From: Podarcis liolepis
Lineage: Eukaryota
Strand: one strand, 5' to 3'
Assembly: GCA_965112155.1 (NCBI GenBank)
Contig: OZ218098.1
DNA: 64,000 bases
Shown: in pieces, positions 62,148 to 64,000 of the stretch
How positions within the stretch are numbered: position 1 is the first letter of the stretch
Layout: every line of letters begins with the position of its first letter
Program-made: the position numbers and the translations under genes
Notes under the pieces: generated by a model
Told to the model about the DNA's origin: nothing
Databases searched by the model: none
The model's input: only the letters and a program-made list of their open reading frames with translations

Positions 62148-62299
62148 AGGTCCATCAAGCTGGGTATTGTCTACTCCTGACTAGCAGTAGCTCTTCGGGG
62201 CTTCAGGCAAAGTTTGCTCCCAGCCCTTCCTGGAGATGCTGAGCACTGAACCTGGGACCTTCCGCTTGCTAAGCAGATAATCCGTCACTGAGCTATGGC
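62148..62299 (-). mobile_element. tRNA-derived squamate SINE (Squam3-like)
   Basis: Minus strand reads gccaTAGCTCAGTGacgg...ggtcccaGGTTCAGtgctcagcatctccagg, giving A- and B-box-like motifs followed by a SINE body. Confidence 0.65.
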
Positions 62300-64000
62300 T
62301 ATTCGAATCTCCATTGCGCTCACATGTTTTTCCCATCTGCAAAGAGTTTACTTGCATTCTCAAAAGTCTAGCACTGATCATTCAGCCTCCTGAGCATTCT
62401 CCACTTATGTCAACAGGGAACTGGGCTCATACACAAGATCTGCACCAATGAGTGCAAAGCGAATCCGGATCAGGAAAATGAAAGCTTTTATAACCAAGCT
62501 ACTTTAAAATATTTCAGCTTTATTTGCTTTAAGATAAGAAGCGGGGCACAGATAAAGATGTAACTCTAAGTCCAGATGTGTTCACTTTAATTAAAACAAA
62601 TCATTTCTTCCCCTTAGCTTTTATTTACACAAGATGCTTGCTGGGGGTTTTGGGTTTTTTTAAGGAAGTTTTGCTTTATGCTGGATGCTGTTCGGAACAG
62701 ACTGTTGCAGCCTGCACGGAACCTCTGATCCAGCAGAGCTGTTCTTATGTACTTTGCTCAGAAATCAAGGACATAATTTGGCGTAGTGCTTTAATTAAGA
62801 AGCAAAGAAAGAAAAAGAAAAATACCAGAGAACCCGAGACACAATTATTGGATCGTAGCTGGCATAGAGAAAGCAACCACATTTTAATTAAACAAACATG
62901 GAAAAATTCAAAACAAATCAATTTTACATGCGGAAACCTTATTTATTACCCACCAACACCACCTTGAACAACATATGGATTATAATTCCAGCCTTCAGTT
63001 TGTAGCAATTTCTTTAGAATAAATTGTATGGATTCTGATTAAGAAAATATGCACTGATCTAGTCAGAAAACAGCCCTCCTTAGTGGCTTCTCTGTAGTTC
63101 ATGCATTGCCAACCAGGTTTTTTTTTTAAAAAAAAGAGTTGGGGAGAGATTTAAACACCATCTTTAATAGAATTAATTTCTGAAGCCTTGATCCAAGTAA
63201 TAGAATCCTCCATTAATCACAGCTGGCTATGTCTTATATGAAGAATAAGAGCCAATTCCTGCATGCTACTCAAAGCATAAATTCCTAATGGATCTCAGAA
63301 AACTGCCTCACAGAGAAAGGATCTAAAACAAGAATAACAATTTTTTTTCAAAAAAAATCCAAAACATTAAAGACAGTATCACTTCAGAGATATGGAGCGT
63401 TCGTTAGAAAAGCTATTTGAAAAGGTGAGACACCCCTTGCTCTTCAAGTTCAACGCTTCTTGTCCAAAACCTTCATATTGCTGCTCCCATGGTTACAACA
63501 ACCCTCCCATGTACATTTCTATATTTTCAGCCAACATCACTACCACAGTGCAGCCTGGACTCCCAAGAGTGTCCTCTTATGACTTCCCTCCCTTAGTGTC
63601 TAATTGGAAGTAGCAGCAAAAGGGCCCTATAAAAAGAATTTATGAGGCTGCACTAATACACACATTTTCCCCTACAGGCAGAAATATTGCTTTGCTTTAT
63701 CCTATTTCTCTTCACAAAATGGTACTGGAAAATGAAAAATGAGTCAAGGAAATATACTCTTCTTTTCCGGAGAGGGGAGGAAACCCCCTGTGTGCACCTC
63801 ATTTTTCAGATTTGTGGTGAAAAGGAAACAGCTAAAACTTTTATTTTCTCCATGGAATTAAGAAGGCTTAATCTCACATGGTCCGAAAAAAGAAGCCCAA
63901 AGCCTGCCCCTGATCGCTTCCAGAATACAGTGGCGGGGCGGGGGGAGATGACCCAATATAAGAATTGGGGTGATAAAGTTACTTCTGGATAGCCTAAAGA

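Noticed and set aside
58077-64000. Expected next upstream SEMA5B exon (PSI domain, DPYCGW motif)
   Set aside because: I could not find it on the minus strand; it probably lies beyond the window end.

Overview
AT-rich vertebrate genomic DNA. The repeat content (Sauria SINEs, squamate-type hAT/Tigger MITEs, CR1/L2 tails) points to a squamate reptile, probably a lacertid lizard (inference). The window holds the 3' ends of two convergent genes, in the same arrangement as mammals. On the + strand are the last two coding exons of SLC49A4 (DIRC2; stop at 9500-9502). On the - strand are the last ten coding exons of SEMA5B (58076 down to the stop at 29015), encoding thrombospondin type-1 repeats, the juxtamembrane stalk, the transmembrane helix and the cytoplasmic tail. 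All exon boundaries are GT-AG and phase-consistent. The rest is introns, probable long 3' UTRs and transposon remnants. The most notable item is an internally deleted Tc1 transposon in sense orientation inside a SEMA5B intron. It keeps an uninterrupted 158-aa DNA-binding-domain ORF, has two AG acceptors in frame with the upstream SEMA5B exon, and has a stop codon and AATAAA supplied by its own inverted repeat. I found no prokaryotic systems, CRISPR arrays or bona fide RNA genes. Family names for repeats come from recall and were not checked by database search.
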